A DNA stretch of 64,000 nt from Candidatus Thorarchaeota archaeon (GTDB lineage Archaea > Asgardarchaeota > Thorarchaeia > Thorarchaeales > Thorarchaeaceae): assembly GCA_963726195.1 (NCBI GenBank), contig CAVSBO010000003.1, positions 832,001-896,000 of the forward strand. Direction: 5' to 3'. Shown here one piece after another: positions 62,983 through 64,000 of the stretch. Positions within the stretch are counted from its first letter, which is position 1. Every line of letters begins with the position of its first letter. The translations under genes and the position numbers were made by a program. Below the pieces are notes generated by a model, which was not told the DNA's origin, made no database searches, and saw only the letters and a program-made list of their open reading frames with translations.

Positions 62983-63405
62983 ATGACGAAGATAGCCATA
63001 AGCTCAACCGGTAACAACGTCGATTCCATTATCGATCCAAGGTTCACGCGCTGTAGTTACTTCGTGATAGTGGACACCGAGACAATGGACTCTACAGCTG
63101 TGCCCAATCCAAGTGCACACGTGGCCGGTTGCGCCGGGATTGATGCGGCTCATGCTGTCTTGGCGGAGGAAGTGAACGCAGTCGTCACGGGCCATATAGG
63201 ACCTCATGCGATGGCAGCTCTCTCGGCCGCAGGAAAGCGCGTTCTTTCAGCCAACCCTGGCACAGTTAGGCAGGCCATAGATGCATTCACGCGGGGAGAT
63301 CTGATGCCAATCACAGATGCAGCTCAAGCCTTTGGAGGCGCACGCATGCGGGTGGGGATGGGGCACCAAGGACACGGTTATGGTAGAGGAGGACACTGGT
63401 CTTGA
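62983..63405 (+). CDS. NifB/NifX-family (dinitrogenase Fe-Mo cofactor-binding domain) protein
   Basis: KIAISS...DPRFTRCSYFVIVD...GHIGPHA; Gly-rich tail. Confidence 0.85.
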   Translation: MTKIAISSTGNNVDSIIDPRFTRCSYFVIVDTETMDSTAVPNPSAHVAGCAGIDAAHAVLAEEVNAVVTGHIGPHAMAALSAAGKRVLSANPGTVRQAIDAFTRGDLMPITDAAQAFGGARMRVGMGHQGHGYGRGGHWS

Positions 63406-63767
63406 AGCGAATAGTGATACCGACTGAGGATTCTGAAGGCAAGAAGCTAGCAGGTCATTTTGGGCACGCTGCATTCTTCGCTCTTTTGGAGCTCGATAAT
63501 GCAAATCGCGTTGTGAGCAGGAAAACTGAGAGAAACACCGGGACTCATATGGGAGGTCAAGGTTTTGCCCACGATAATGTCTTGGCCCTGAAGCCTGATG
63601 CGATCATAGTGTCGGGCATGGGACCAAGAGGACTGACCACATTCCGGAGTCAGGGGATAGCGGTACTGCAGGCCAACAGCCTCTCCGTAGATGACATAGT
63701 CGCTGCTTACAGCGCAGGGAAACTGTACGAGCTGACAGAAGGGTGCCATGATGCCCATCATGAGTGA
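63402..63767 (+). CDS. NifB/NifX-family protein
   Basis: AGHFGHAAFF, GMGPRG, GCHDAHH tail. Confidence 0.85.
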   Translation: MKRIVIPTEDSEGKKLAGHFGHAAFFALLELDNANRVVSRKTERNTGTHMGGQGFAHDNVLALKPDAIIVSGMGPRGLTTFRSQGIAVLQANSLSVDDIVAAYSAGKLYELTEGCHDAHHE

Positions 63768-64000
63768 TGAGTTGATACAGAGAAAACACCCCTCAGAACA
63801 TTGAGAGCGGAACTGAACCGTAACTCCCCTGCCCTACCCTGTGACTGAATACTCACCGACTTCAGGTCATCCGGAAGCGTTTTCACAGTCCGAGCATACG
63901 CAATTGGCCGGAGCTGGAGATAGATGGTCAAAGACGAGCCGCTCTATGGAGGATTCAGGAACGGGATTCCTTTCGTCCAATTTGGTCTGGGCACACAAGA

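Noticed and set aside
62983-63767. Nitrogen fixation genes
   Set aside because: Stand-alone NifB/NifX-family domains with Mrp and DUF134 are common in non-diazotrophic archaea; no nifHDK is present.
255-63789. Numerous antisense or overlapping ORFs in the track (e.g. 255-770, 7350-7817, 9757-10299, 32588-33064, 61340-61915)
   Set aside because: Shadow frames of well-supported genes on the opposite strand, with no recognisable motifs.
1-64000. tRNA or rRNA genes
   Set aside because: No cloverleaf or rRNA signature recognised in the intergenic regions by inspection.

Overview
Archaeal chromosomal segment, most likely Asgard/Thorarchaeota-like (inferred from proteasome alpha, archaeal DtdA, geranylgeranyl reductase, degenerate small-GTPase-like proteins and a giant TrmB/coiled-coil protein). 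Most of it is housekeeping and metabolic: aminotransferase, RimK-type ligase, tusA-dsrE-iscS-iscU, pstSCAB-phoU, transporters and Mrp/NifX-family genes. Many genes carry single-base frameshifts that look like sequencing or assembly indels. The main result is an 8,145-bp IS607-family transposon (22972-31116) inserted at a GG dinucleotide inside a DNA methyltransferase gene; precise removal restores a 294-codon ORF. Unlike canonical two-gene IS607 elements, it carries three genes: a serine-recombinase TnpA, a reverse-strand giant cargo gene of about 1,650 aa (RecB/Cas4-type PD-(D/E)XK nuclease plus a degenerate RecA-like region), and an unusually large TnpB/Cas12-like nuclease of about 710 aa with an intact D-E-D RuvC triad. 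A 187-bp non-coding mini-copy with both ends, also flanked by GG, sits at 14906-15092. It conserves a hairpin-plus-pseudoknot module at the right end that looks like the omega/re-RNA scaffold 3' end. Other observations are a 66-bp hairpin flanked by ATGG repeats next to the mini-element and a shared TATA-adjacent palindromic operator upstream of the Mrp and NifX-family genes.
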